Made by a program: the position numbers and the translations under genes
The notes under the pieces: model-generated
Seen by the model: only the letters and a program-made list of their open reading frames with translations
The model's database searches: none
What the model was told of the DNA's origin: nothing
Origin: Paramoeba atlantica
Lineage: Eukaryota > Protista > Discosea
Assembly: GCA_977017575.1 (NCBI GenBank)
Contig: CDRNVI010000026.1
Location: 372,001-436,000 of the forward strand
DNA: 64,000 bases
Reading direction: 5' to 3'
Shown here: piece by piece, positions 20,806 through 31,900 of the stretch
Layout of the letters: each line of letters opens with the position of its first letter
How positions within the stretch are numbered: position 1 is the stretch's first letter

Positions 20806-20941
20806 ACTAAACGGAAGCCCGGTTTAGTATACCTGTGAGGTTTAGCATGCCTGTGGAAGAGAGTATATTAGAAGGACAGTCTTTCTTGACGTTGACTAGT
20901 ACTTTTTACACAACTTTTGCTAAGCGTGTTAGGTAATTTTC

Positions 20942-21604
20942 ATGAATTCCACAAGTACGACCCCGCATCTTCGCACTTCGAAGGTCCGTCACACCGAGCT
21001 ACCGGTAGAGTATCGGATGATGCATCTCATTAAAGATATTGAAAACCCACACAAGAGTTGGTCTGAAGACACACATCTCTGCAATTGGTCTGGCGTGAGC
21101 TGCAACCGCACTGCTCTACCCCTCATAAGTATCACGGAAATTTTATGGAGAGGTCGAAATCTAGCAGGAAGGCTTCGCTGGGAATTTCTACCCCCAACAG
21201 TACGAAACCTAGACGTCGGCCTCAACACGTATTTTGGCTGGCAGCAGAATATGCTTAAAGGACCACTTCCACTGTACGATATGCCTACACAGTTAAAGAA
21301 AATACTAGTCGGGTACAATCAATTGTCGGGGGAACTAGCTCTTACGTCGCTTCCCTCTAACCTTTGGATGCTCAATGTTTCTTCGAACGATTTCGAAGGA
21401 AATGTAGACTTAACAGCATTACCTCGAACGTTAGAATTTTTGCAGATGGATACGAATCCTGGACTACGTGGTCCCACGGACCTTTCTTGCCTTCCACTTT
21501 CATTGTGCTCGCTAACAATGATTCAGACGGGGTTATATCCTTCTGATACTCAGCATGTTCCACGATTTGTGAAATGGTCTAATAAAACCGCGTATGCGAG
21601 GTAG
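20942..21604 (+). CDS. Leucine-rich repeat protein
   Basis: SWSEDTHLCNWSGVSC; LTSLPSNLWMLNVSSNDFEGNVDLTALP. Confidence 0.8.
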   Translation: MNSTSTTPHLRTSKVRHTELPVEYRMMHLIKDIENPHKSWSEDTHLCNWSGVSCNRTALPLISITEILWRGRNLAGRLRWEFLPPTVRNLDVGLNTYFGWQQNMLKGPLPLYDMPTQLKKILVGYNQLSGELALTSLPSNLWMLNVSSNDFEGNVDLTALPRTLEFLQMDTNPGLRGPTDLSCLPLSLCSLTMIQTGLYPSDTQHVPRFVKWSNKTAYAR

Positions 21605-21962
21605 ATACAACCAAAATGCGGTGGTTGACGGAATGGTTGAAGGGTACTTAAATTATCAACGACCATGAATAGTTGACCGGTAGTTGCATTCGGTAGTTGT
21701 ACAAATACGCGCGTATGCGTAGCAATATAAACAATCTCATTTTACACGAAATTTTACACAAGGATCATTTACATTCTCAACGTATCATTATTTTACAAAT
21801 GTATTTATAAAACATTTACAAACCGTTTTAGAAAGGTTTTAAAAACTTTTCAATTAAAATCCCAGCGGTGTGTTTGCTAGACAAATGTAATGTTAGTTCA
21901 TTTTTTGAAAGACATAAGTTTTACTTCCGATTTTCCTTTCTCATACAGCTTCTTCACTCCCA

Positions 21963-24452
21963 ATGATGGAAAATCTTATCTCTGTCATGAATTCCCTTCA
22001 TGACGTGTTTTCACGCATCGACATGGGTGGCACGCTGGCTAAGTCTTTGGAATTTCCTCAAATCGCCGTTGTGGGCTCTCAAAGCTGTGGAAAAAGCAGC
22101 GTCCTGGAGGCTCTCGTGGGACGTACCTTCCTCCCTCGTGGTCAGGGCATCGTGACCCGGCGACCGCTTATCCTACAACTCCATCCCGTCGATGCGCATG
22201 GGAAACCCAAGTATCAATCCTCCTCCTCGCTACCCCTCGGGAGTAGTGCAAAATACCCCTCGGGGTCGGATTCGGTTCTACGCGGGGCATTTCCTTCCCC
22301 TCCCCCTTCTTCACGATCTAGGGGATCGGATTCCGAATTACTAAATGAGCCCAGGAGCTCACGACCGACCCTCTCCTCCAAGACTCCCTCCTCTCATAAA
22401 GTAGAGCTGCTCTCCTCTCTTCCCGAGGTGCCCCCGAGTCGTCCGGACTCACGCAGCGGGGAGCAAAGCTTCTCCGGAAGCCTCGAGGCCATGGAGGAGT
22501 TAAATGGGCGACCGAGCTCACCGGGAAAAGAGGATAACGGGGTAGCAGGCCCCTCCTTTAATAAGGAGGATGGAGGGACACGTCCAACCGAGTGGGCGGA
22601 GTTTCTACATCTTCCGGGGGTAAAATTTACCAATTTTGATGAAGTCCGGCAGGAGATTGTGCATGAGACCGAAAAGGTGGCGGGACGACAGAAAAATATT
22701 TCCCCAGTGCCGATTGTGTTGAAAATTTACAGTCCCCATGTGCTGGCGCTTACCCTGATTGACCTTCCCGGGTTGGTGCGCAACCCTGTCGCGGATCAGC
22801 CGAAGGATATTGATCGACAAGTGCAAGCCATGGTGTTGGATTACGTCACGCAGCCCAATACACTCATCTTGGCCGTCTCTGCGGCTAACGCTGATATTGC
22901 CACCTCGGATGGCATTCAGCTCGCGCACCGTGTCGACCGTGAGGGAGTGCGCACGCTTGGGGTGCTGACAAAGATTGATATTATGGACGAGGGCACCGAT
23001 GCGGCTGACATTCTCGAAGGCCGCGTCATCCCTCTTCGTCGCGGATTTATCGGGGTTATGAACATGAGCCAGCGGGATCTCGATTTGGGAAAGAATGTAG
23101 GGGAGCACCGAAACGCCGAAAGAGAGTTCTTTGCTACCCATCCTAAATACCGGCACATGGCTGAGCGCTGTGGGACGGCGTACCTTGCCGAGACGCTGTC
23201 CTCCATGTTGCTGCAGCATATCCAATCTACCTTACCTACTCTACGGGGAAAGATCGAGGACTTGTTAAAGTCCACCAAGGCGGAACTTGCGAAATACGAC
23301 GAGGGCTCGCCCTCCTTACTCCACGCAGGATCAACGCAAAACGCAGCCCAGTTGTTACATCTCCTCACAGCCTATGCGAACGCCGTCTCCGAGTCCATCT
23401 CTGGACGAAGCGAGGATAGTTCCAAGGCCCGGGAGCTCTACGGCGGGGCGCGGATCAATTTTATCTTCCACGAGCGTTTTGTGCCGTACATCGCCTCCCT
23501 CTCCCCCTCCAAGGACCTTACGGATGAGCAAATCCGCATGGCGATTAGTAACAGCCAAGGCAACCGTACCGCGCTGTTCCCCTCCGAGCCCGCATTCGAG
23601 ACCTTACTGGTGGCACAACTCGCGCGGCTAAAGAAGCCCTCTTTGCGCTGTGTCGGGTTTGTCTTCGAGGAGCTGGTCCGGATCGCGGACCAGTGTGCTC
23701 ACAAACTCGAGCGCTACCCGCTGCTCCGTCGTCGTGTGTTTGAGGTCACCGTGGAGCTTTTAAATCTTCACCGCCCCATGGCCGAGGAACATCTTACGGT
23801 TAACCTCATGGCCGAGCGGCTCTATATTAACTCCAACCACCCCGATTTCGGAGACTCCTCGGCGATTTTACAAGCGGCCTATGGTGTCAGTGGGGCACAC
23901 GCGCCGAGTGAAATACAGCATGCTGCGCCTCCCGCTAGCGCTCAGCTGCGTACGCGTGCGACGACCACAGCCGTAAACCCCAATGTTGGAAATCAAAATG
24001 TCGCCCCCTCCACAAGCTCCATGTTTCCTCCCGCTCCGGTAATGGAGGGGAAACCAACAATAGAGCGTGTGCCGTTTCCCGCTCACGGGTTTGACACCAT
24101 CCCGGATCAAATTACCCACACCGGGCCATTAAGTGAGCGCGAGGGCAGGGAGCATTTTGCGCTACGCAGCCTCATTGAGTCCTATTTCCGTGTGGTGAAA
24201 AAGACGGTGCAGGACCAGACCCCGAAGATTGTGACCTATTTTTTGGTCAAGCGGCTCACGGAGAGGCTGCGGAATTTTTTGGTCGAGAAACTCTACAAGG
24301 AGGGGCTGCTGGAGGCGATGTTGCAAGAGAATGAGGAGGTGGTGCGTCGGCGCTCCGCGGCGCAACGTATGCTGGCCTGTTTGAACGCCGCAAAGGAAGT
24401 CCTGGATAGTGTGAATGACGGTTCCTTTGCCGCAGCCTATCGTGGAAATTAG
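21963..24452 (+). CDS. Dynamin-related protein (DLP/Drp1/Vps1-like)
   Basis: PQIAVVGSQSCGKSSVLE, GIVTRRPLILQL, TLIDLPGL, TKIDIMDEGT, ELYGGARI, GED region YFRVVKKTVQDQTPK. Ser/Pro-rich insert of about 130 aa in the GTPase domain. Confidence 0.95.
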   Translation: MMENLISVMNSLHDVFSRIDMGGTLAKSLEFPQIAVVGSQSCGKSSVLEALVGRTFLPRGQGIVTRRPLILQLHPVDAHGKPKYQSSSSLPLGSSAKYPSGSDSVLRGAFPSPPPSSRSRGSDSELLNEPRSSRPTLSSKTPSSHKVELLSSLPEVPPSRPDSRSGEQSFSGSLEAMEELNGRPSSPGKEDNGVAGPSFNKEDGGTRPTEWAEFLHLPGVKFTNFDEVRQEIVHETEKVAGRQKNISPVPIVLKIYSPHVLALTLIDLPGLVRNPVADQPKDIDRQVQAMVLDYVTQPNTLILAVSAANADIATSDGIQLAHRVDREGVRTLGVLTKIDIMDEGTDAADILEGRVIPLRRGFIGVMNMSQRDLDLGKNVGEHRNAEREFFATHPKYRHMAERCGTAYLAETLSSMLLQHIQSTLPTLRGKIEDLLKSTKAELAKYDEGSPSLLHAGSTQNAAQLLHLLTAYANAVSESISGRSEDSSKARELYGGARINFIFHERFVPYIASLSPSKDLTDEQIRMAISNSQGNRTALFPSEPAFETLLVAQLARLKKPSLRCVGFVFEELVRIADQCAHKLERYPLLRRRVFEVTVELLNLHRPMAEEHLTVNLMAERLYINSNHPDFGDSSAILQAAYGVSGAHAPSEIQHAAPPASAQLRTRATTTAVNPNVGNQNVAPSTSSMFPPAPVMEGKPTIERVPFPAHGFDTIPDQITHTGPLSEREGREHFALRSLIESYFRVVKKTVQDQTPKIVTYFLVKRLTERLRNFLVEKLYKEGLLEAMLQENEEVVRRRSAAQRMLACLNAAKEVLDSVNDGSFAAAYRGN

Positions 24453-24814
24453 GTTTGAATTTATTAAAAACGTATGTGTATCTTTGCGTTTTGTTTTGAA
24501 ATTGATTTGTACAAAGCTCCCACTTCTCGAAAATGGGAGTACTTGAAAACCTGATCGAATACAGTTTGAACTATGGAGTCATGGCCAAATGTGTTCCACG
24601 GTGAAATAAGAAGGCATTGACATAATGCTGTAAACGAATATCCAAAACAATATTATCCTTGATTTATTTAGGTGATATTCTTGAATTCTAACTGTTTCTG
24701 GTAAATAGAGGTTTTTACTCCCAAGTACCAAGAGTTCTATTATTTCTTCGAAATTTGAACACAGACCATCTCTCCTTTCTTTCTACTCAAAGACGTTGGA
24801 TTCTTTCTATTTCC

Positions 24815-27418
24815 ATGTCAACTAATCCATCACCAACCCCGTCGGAGAATCGTCCTAGTGATCCATTATGTCTGATTAATGAAGACTGTATTTTTACATC
24901 AACAGAAAAGTTTAATCAGTTCCTGTCTTTCGCTGCACACACATCGGAACCTGCAGCGGAGACATTTCCCCCGTCGACTGAATACAATATCATTGGAATC
25001 CTCGGAGGTCAAAGTACCGGAAAATCGACTCTTCTCAACGCACTATTTGGGACAACCTTTCCTGTGATGGACGAGGACGCGGGAAGGTATCAAACCACAA
25101 AAGGGTTATGGCTTGCGCACGCACACTCATCTTCGACGAAAACTCCTTTGTTTGTAATGGATGCAGAAGGCACCGATGGTCGTGAGCGGTTTGATGACCA
25201 AACGTTTGAACGGCGCGCTTCTTTATTCTCTCTCGCCACTTGCGACCTACTTGTGATTAATCTTTTAAGCTCTGAAGTGGGACGATACAACGCCGCGAAT
25301 CTGAGTTTGCTGCGCTGTGTTATGGAGCTCTATCTCCAGTTGTTCTCGAAAAGTGTGGAGCACACCAATAATGGTGGGGAAGAATCACAACTAGAACACA
25401 CGGAGGAAAGAGAGTTTGTAGAGACTGAGAAAGTTACGGAGCGCTCTAACGAATTTGATGCGTCTACAGAGATTAGAAATGAGACTCCTCGAATTAATGA
25501 AGAAACACCTAAGACTGAGCCCAAGGTTCCGGTAAGCGGCCACCGTCGTATGCAGCTTCTTTTCATTCTTCGCGACCATGTCAAGACTTCTTTTGACACC
25601 GAAGTAACTGTCCTGGAGAAATCATTGCGTCAAGTGTGGAGTGGTGTCTATCGCTCAGGAAACGCAACACCGAATGTTACGCCTCAGCGAAATACCGATC
25701 GCTCGAATGTCAGCACCTCGAAACGCAGCGCCAAACGACGTAATCGCAAATTTCATGCACACAAATCTTACAACTCGGGGTTGGCAGAATCATCGGGCCA
25801 TACCCACGAGCTCCCTACAGATAGCACTTTCGAACCCGAGCACATGTTTGAGGATTACTTTGATGTCTCTTATTTCGCTCTCCCACACTACCAGTTGCAA
25901 CGTAGCGAATTTGACCAGCAAATTGAAACTCTAAAACACAAATTTCGTTTCGACGCGGCGTGTATTCTTCCCTCGCTCCCACTTCGTGCCGCACGTCCAT
26001 GCGGCCGAGGTCTGGACGTCCCCCTCGAAGCGCTCTACATTTATATGAGTAACTGCTGGGCTACGATTTGTGACAACAAGGAAATTGACATTCCTTCTCA
26101 AAAAGAGCTGATTGCGGTGCACCGATGTGCAGAGCTTCGTCGAGACACCCTCACGGTGGTCGAGAAAACGCTATCGGAATGGAATGCGCAGCTTCGGGAT
26201 AAAAAGCCAATCCCGCGTTTGATGGCACAAGTCCGTTCGTTAGCCCACGCCCACGAGCGACAAATGCAGCACCGCGCGGAGCTCTACCCCCGTCATACGG
26301 TCTCCAAACTGAGCCATGAGCTGCATGAGGAGATTTTACGGCAGGCGGAGCCCATTTTAGAGGCGCAGTTACAGCTTGTGCTCAGCAGCGCTCAATCCGC
26401 GCTAGAAGCTGAACTCTTTCTCCCCCTGGATCGAATTCTCCAAGCTGGTTTACCTGTAGAAACGACATGGCCTCAAATTCGAGAATTACTCCAGTCCTTG
26501 CGGAAAGGTCTGATTCCTCGTTTTATTCGGTTACAGGAAAAGGCACAAACATTAGATGAAGCGCTGAGCGATTCTGCAATTTCACGATTGGAGCTCAATC
26601 TTGAAATCACGTTTGATCGACGACTACGCGCCTTAGCTCGTGATGCGCACAAACACATGGCTTCTCTTTTTGAGTACGCGTTGCATCACAAAAAGGATGG
26701 CGCCCTACGGGTCTACCCCTCCCTTGCAGGACTGATGAAGCGTGCGAGTGTGGTCGAGAAACTCGGGGTGCGGTATTTGGAAAATGTCTGCTGCAATCGG
26801 TTAAAAAACAGAGAATGGGATTCAAGTGTTGGTATAAAAATCGAGGGCCCGAATGTTCATTTATGTGTGCCGTTAAGTAAAACCTGGTCTAGTGATGTGG
26901 AGAAAGCTTTGCAGGTCATAAAATCGAGTGGAGAAGTTTCGGAGGATAAGGCGAATACGGAAGAGATTGACCATGGAGATGTCGTACCGTTGATCTTACA
27001 AGAGTGGGAGCTACAACGTGCCTACGAGCTTTATAAGCAGCAAACGCAGTTCACGGTACAGCTTTTGCAGAGGACTATGGAATCCCCTTCACGGACGCAC
27101 ATTCCGCTTTGGTTTTGGGCGTTGTTTGCTTTTTTTGCATTCGACGATGTTTGTTACATGCTGACGAGTCCTCTGTGGTTGATGCTTGCGCTTACGCTGG
27201 GGTATTTGTTCCTACATGAATGGATCTCAGTGCGTTGGGAAAAAATAAATCGAATCGGAGATCTACTGCAACTGCAAAACGTCTTTAGTTTCTTGCAACC
27301 CCTTTCTGGAGACCTTAAAACGCGTAAAATGGACACTCCGCCAGATCGCTCTACGAAGGATAAAGCAAATAAAAGGATATCATCCAGCACAGATTCCCTT
27401 AGTGGAGATTCCCCTTAG
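24815..27418 (+). CDS. SEY1: SEY1/RHD3 atlastin-like ER fusion GTPase
   Basis: IGILGGQSTGKSTLLNALFGT.F, QTTKGLW, MDAEGTDGRER..DQ.FER, FILRD, C-terminal hairpin TM (IPLWFWALFAFFAFDDV..ML.SPL). Confidence 0.92.
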   Translation: MSTNPSPTPSENRPSDPLCLINEDCIFTSTEKFNQFLSFAAHTSEPAAETFPPSTEYNIIGILGGQSTGKSTLLNALFGTTFPVMDEDAGRYQTTKGLWLAHAHSSSTKTPLFVMDAEGTDGRERFDDQTFERRASLFSLATCDLLVINLLSSEVGRYNAANLSLLRCVMELYLQLFSKSVEHTNNGGEESQLEHTEEREFVETEKVTERSNEFDASTEIRNETPRINEETPKTEPKVPVSGHRRMQLLFILRDHVKTSFDTEVTVLEKSLRQVWSGVYRSGNATPNVTPQRNTDRSNVSTSKRSAKRRNRKFHAHKSYNSGLAESSGHTHELPTDSTFEPEHMFEDYFDVSYFALPHYQLQRSEFDQQIETLKHKFRFDAACILPSLPLRAARPCGRGLDVPLEALYIYMSNCWATICDNKEIDIPSQKELIAVHRCAELRRDTLTVVEKTLSEWNAQLRDKKPIPRLMAQVRSLAHAHERQMQHRAELYPRHTVSKLSHELHEEILRQAEPILEAQLQLVLSSAQSALEAELFLPLDRILQAGLPVETTWPQIRELLQSLRKGLIPRFIRLQEKAQTLDEALSDSAISRLELNLEITFDRRLRALARDAHKHMASLFEYALHHKKDGALRVYPSLAGLMKRASVVEKLGVRYLENVCCNRLKNREWDSSVGIKIEGPNVHLCVPLSKTWSSDVEKALQVIKSSGEVSEDKANTEEIDHGDVVPLILQEWELQRAYELYKQQTQFTVQLLQRTMESPSRTHIPLWFWALFAFFAFDDVCYMLTSPLWLMLALTLGYLFLHEWISVRWEKINRIGDLLQLQNVFSFLQPLSGDLKTRKMDTPPDRSTKDKANKRISSSTDSLSGDSP

Positions 27419-27797
27419 TGAAGAGGGCACGAAAAATGATTCGTATTAACTCACGTAGATTGTAGCAGACTTTATCGTACTAGGTGTACGAGATGTGTAT
27501 GTGTACTGGTTTGGAATGTGAGTAACTCCTTGCACAACAGCCTCTTTCTTAGCAAACGGTGGTCGGGGCTATGTTCCGACATATTTTTTAAATGACTCTT
27601 AGCAGATGCCTTCTCCAACAGATTGGTTTTTGTTGTACATGACTTTGCTTTTAGATTCATGTTATTTATTTATTTTTCATCCCGAATGACAAGTAACAAC
27701 GTACTTTCCATTCAACACCTTTTTACCAGCTTTTTACCACACAAATTTTCAAATTCAAAATTCAGGTTCACCAATGTTTTTTTAATAATCTACCTAA

Positions 27798-28676
27798 ATG
27801 GCGCCACACAATCTTACCCCATTCTTGCAATCTAAACTGCAAGAGTATCGTGGAATCAAACATTTTGACCCATTGGCATGGGTTGACTCAAAATGTCTTG
27901 CCCTCAACCAATACATGACGAAGCATAACCTCTCCGGGTGTGTCACCTCCGTCTCCGGTGGTATCGACAGCGCAGTGACTCTCTTTCTCTGTGCTCGGGC
28001 AAAACAGATGTCGCAGTCGCCTATTCGTCGAAATATTGCGCTGTGTCAACCCATTGAGAGTAGCGACTGGGCCACGGAACGAGGGATGGAAAATGCAAAG
28101 GCCTGCGGGGCTGAAATCGTGCTGATCGACCAAACCGCATCTCATCGTTTGCTCTCGGCTAAGATCGAAACGGCAATGGGTGTCGAGAAACCGAACACTT
28201 TTGCTCGTGGTCAACTTCGCTCGTACATGCGCACTCCGGTTAGTTACTATGTAGCGCAGCTTTTGGGTGCACAAGAATGTCCAGCGATTGTAATGGGCAC
28301 AGGCAATGAGGACGGCTATTTGGGCTACTTCTGCAAGGCAGGAGATGGGGTGTTTGACGTATCACTAATATCAGATTTACACAAATCGGAGGTGTACGCT
28401 GTGGGACAGCATTTAAGCGTGCCGCTGAACACCTTGAACGCCTCGCCTTCGGCTGATCTGTGGCCAAATCAGACGGATGAGGATGAGCTAAACGTTCTCT
28501 ATGACACTGTTGAGCTTTACACTGGATGGTTTCTGCAACTTGCAAAGGAGGAACAAGATCAGTTTTTGTCCTCTATGGATGAAACCTCTAAAAGCATTTT
28601 CTTGAAAGATGCCACTCAAATAGAAAGTTTACATAGGCGAAACGCGCATAAGCTATCGCCGTCCGTACTCTTGTGA
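27798..28676 (+). CDS. NH3-dependent NAD+ synthetase (no glutaminase domain)
   Basis: SVSGGIDSAV, GQLRSYMRTP, MGTGN, YFCKAGDG, ISDLHKSEVY, PSADLW..QTDEDEL. Confidence 0.9.
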   Translation: MAPHNLTPFLQSKLQEYRGIKHFDPLAWVDSKCLALNQYMTKHNLSGCVTSVSGGIDSAVTLFLCARAKQMSQSPIRRNIALCQPIESSDWATERGMENAKACGAEIVLIDQTASHRLLSAKIETAMGVEKPNTFARGQLRSYMRTPVSYYVAQLLGAQECPAIVMGTGNEDGYLGYFCKAGDGVFDVSLISDLHKSEVYAVGQHLSVPLNTLNASPSADLWPNQTDEDELNVLYDTVELYTGWFLQLAKEEQDQFLSSMDETSKSIFLKDATQIESLHRRNAHKLSPSVLL

Positions 28677-28947
28677 GAGTAAAATTTCTCACGCTTTGTG
28701 ATGACGGGCCCTATTGTGCATCCATTTACTCACTAACCGCAAAAACCTTTTTAACAAAAATCTTTCTCAAAGACGCACACAAATCATTGTATCACTATAC
28801 AACCACCATACACATGATTTTTATCCCTAAATTTATTCTTGTAACGAAAAACAAAAATCTTTTCTGTCTTTCCTAGACATCTCTGTTTTACTTACTGTAG
28901 ATAGACATCTCTCTTTTTACTCCCCATCTCTCCCCCCTCTCCCCACC

Positions 28948-31900
28948 ATGGATTTCCTCAGCACCATTGATTTCGCCGCCGCTCTCGACGAGGAGGAGGA
29001 GGAGGAGGCCAAGAACCACGCCTCACGGTACGGCCGGCTCCACCCCTCCCAGCGTGGGCTTCACCCTTTCCTCCCCTCACCCTCTTCAACGACCACAACC
29101 CCGATGGCCCCCTTTACACGTCAAACTACCCAACCCAGTGATTTCGGTCCCACACAGGATTCGGTGTATTCGCTCGGTACCACTCAAGAGGATACCCAAG
29201 ATGATTTCAGTGATACTGAAGAAGACGAAGAAGACGAAAACTCCGAAGACCATGAAGATGAAGAAGAAAACGATGAAACCCCAAACGGTGACCGCGACGA
29301 AAATCATCCCAGTGTGTTTGCTCTTCACTCTGCCTCTTCTACACTATTATCTCAAAATACGGAAATTCAATCCATTGCCCCTTCTGAGGTGAACAGTGAT
29401 GAGAGCAGCTGTTCAAGTCTTGAGGAAGACGAAGAAGAAGACTATGAAGAAGGAGAGGATGGAAGGAAGGGGAAACGTAAAAAGGCCAACGGGGCCTTAT
29501 CCCATCTCCCGGCCCATGCCTGCGCGTACTGTGGGTGTGGGGACCCGGCCGCGGTGGTCCAGTGCGGGGTGGGACGCTGCGGGAAGTGGTTCTGTAACGG
29601 CCGCGGCTCCACCGCGGGGTCTCATGCCATCCACCATTGCATCCGGAGTAAACACAAGGAGGTGGTGCTGCACCCGGAGGGGTTGCTCGGGGATACCACC
29701 CTGGAGTGTTTCGTTTGCGGCAATAAGAATGTGTTTGTGCTGGGGTTCGTGCCGAGTTGTACCGAGAGTGTGGTGATTTTGCTGTGCCGGGATCCGTGTT
29801 TGGGAACGTCCCAGGCGGGAAGTGGGACGGATTGGGATCCGTCGACGTGGTTGCCGTTGATTGAGGATCGGAAGCTGTTGCCGTGGCTGGTGAAGTCGCC
29901 TTCGGCGGCGGAGATGGCACGGTGTCGGAAGATTACCACGGAGCAGATTGTGAAGCTGGAGGAGTTGTGGAAAACGAACCCGCAGGGGAGCATTGAGGAT
30001 TTGAATCCGGCGCAGGCTTCTCGTACCGGTCCGCTGGAGTCCGTTTGTTTCTTTTATGAGGATGCTTACCACTACCAAGCCGTGTTTACCCCTCTGATTG
30101 AGATGGAAGCCGCCTATGACGAGGCCATGAAGGCGTCACAAGCCATCACGAATGCGACAATATCGTGGACGCCGGGGATTAGTGGAAAAACCATGGCCAC
30201 GTTTGTGTTTCCTCGCGCCGACAGCGACACACGACTGGTCGTGGGAGACGAAATTCGTATTATACATCCCTCGGAAAAGCTCGCCGCCGAAAACCAAGGA
30301 AAGCTGTCCGGCGGTGCGAAAGACCCCACCTTGGGTGTTTTGTCGCGGGCTGTGGCGTCAAAGTCCGGAAAATCGAAATCTATATCGCTGCGTTCCTCGG
30401 GTGCGACCTTAAACGAATCCATTGCGCTGACGCTGGAGCAAAAGATTTTATCCCAGAAATGGCAGCAAGGGGCGTTCGACAAGAAGCCCGGCGACAAGAA
30501 GGTAAAGGGTGAGGACGAGGGGCTTGGGGTCGTGGGCACCGTCGTCCGCATCAATGTCACCCCCACCTCCACCGATGAGATCACCGTCGAACTCAAACCC
30601 ACGGAAGCGCAAAAAGTCCACACCGAGCTCACCCACGGGTACATCTGCGAAATGGTATGGAAACCGGTCACCTTTGAGCGCATGAAACAAGCCATGCGGG
30701 TGTTCGCCGCCGACGAGAGCAGCGTAAGTGCCTACCTCTACCACCGTCTCCTGGGCCACGCCGTGGAGCACCACCCCACCCTCCCCGTGGACCTCCCCAA
30801 AACCCTCCACGCCCCCTCCCTCCCCAAACTCAACCCCAGCCAGGCCGCCGCGGTGCGCAGTGTGCTCCCCCAGCCCCTGAGTCTTATCCAAGGCCCCCCG
30901 GGGACGGGGAAGACGGTGACCAGTGCCACCCTCGTCTACCACATGGCCTCCCTGAACAAAACCCAGGTCCTGGTCACCGCCCCCAGCAACGTGGCCGTGG
31001 ACCACCTCGCGGAGCGCATCGCGAAGACCGGGCTCCGTGTGGTCCGCATGTGCGCCCGGTCCCGGGAGAGCGTGCTGAGTGTCGTGGAGCCCCTGACACT
31101 GCACGCCCAGGTGGAGAGCCTAGCCACGAACAGCCCCCAGTGGAGCGAGCTGTACAAACTGCGCAAACTCCGCGACGTGCTGGGCCATCTCTCCACCGCG
31201 GATGAGCATAAATATGTCCATTTGTTGCGAAAAATGGAGAGCGAGCTGCTCCGGGGGGCGGATGTGGTGTGCACGACCTGTGTGGGGAGCGGGGACAGCC
31301 GTCTCGGTCGGTTTCGGTTCAAACATGTGCTGATTGATGAGAGCACGCAGTCGTGTGAGCCGGAGACGCTGCTGGCGCTGGTGCGCGGGGTCCGGCAGGT
31401 CGTCCTCGTCGGGGACCACTGCCAGCTGGGGCCGGTGATTTTGTGTAAGGAGGCGACGAAAGCGGGGCTCGGGCGGTCGTTGTTCGAGCGGCTCGTGCTG
31501 CTCGGGGTGCGGCCGTACCGTCTGCAGGTGCAGTACCGGATGCACCCCGCGATCTCGGCCTTCCCCTCCGCAACGTTCTATGAGGGGACGTTACAGAATG
31601 GGGTGACGCAGGAGGAGAGGCTGCGGGAGGAACACCCGTTTCCGTGGCCCTGCCCCCATAAGCCGCTGTTCTTTTACAACAGCATTGGGGCTGAGGAGCT
31701 CAGTGGGAGTGGCACGAGCTACCTGAACCGGGTAGAAGGGGCGCTGGTTGAGAAATGTGTCACCCAGCTCCTCCAAGTCGGGGTACTCCCCGATGATGTG
31801 GGGATTATTACCCCCTACGAGGGCCAACGGGCCTATGTGGTCCACTATCTACAACGAAACGGTACTCTCCCCTCGGACCTCTACAAACGTATCGAGGTCA

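Noticed and set aside
28300-28325. NAD synthetase GTGNEDGY appears about 2 residues shorter than the usual GTGNxDEDGY
   Set aside because: Based on memory of homologues only; it could be ordinary variation or an assembly error.
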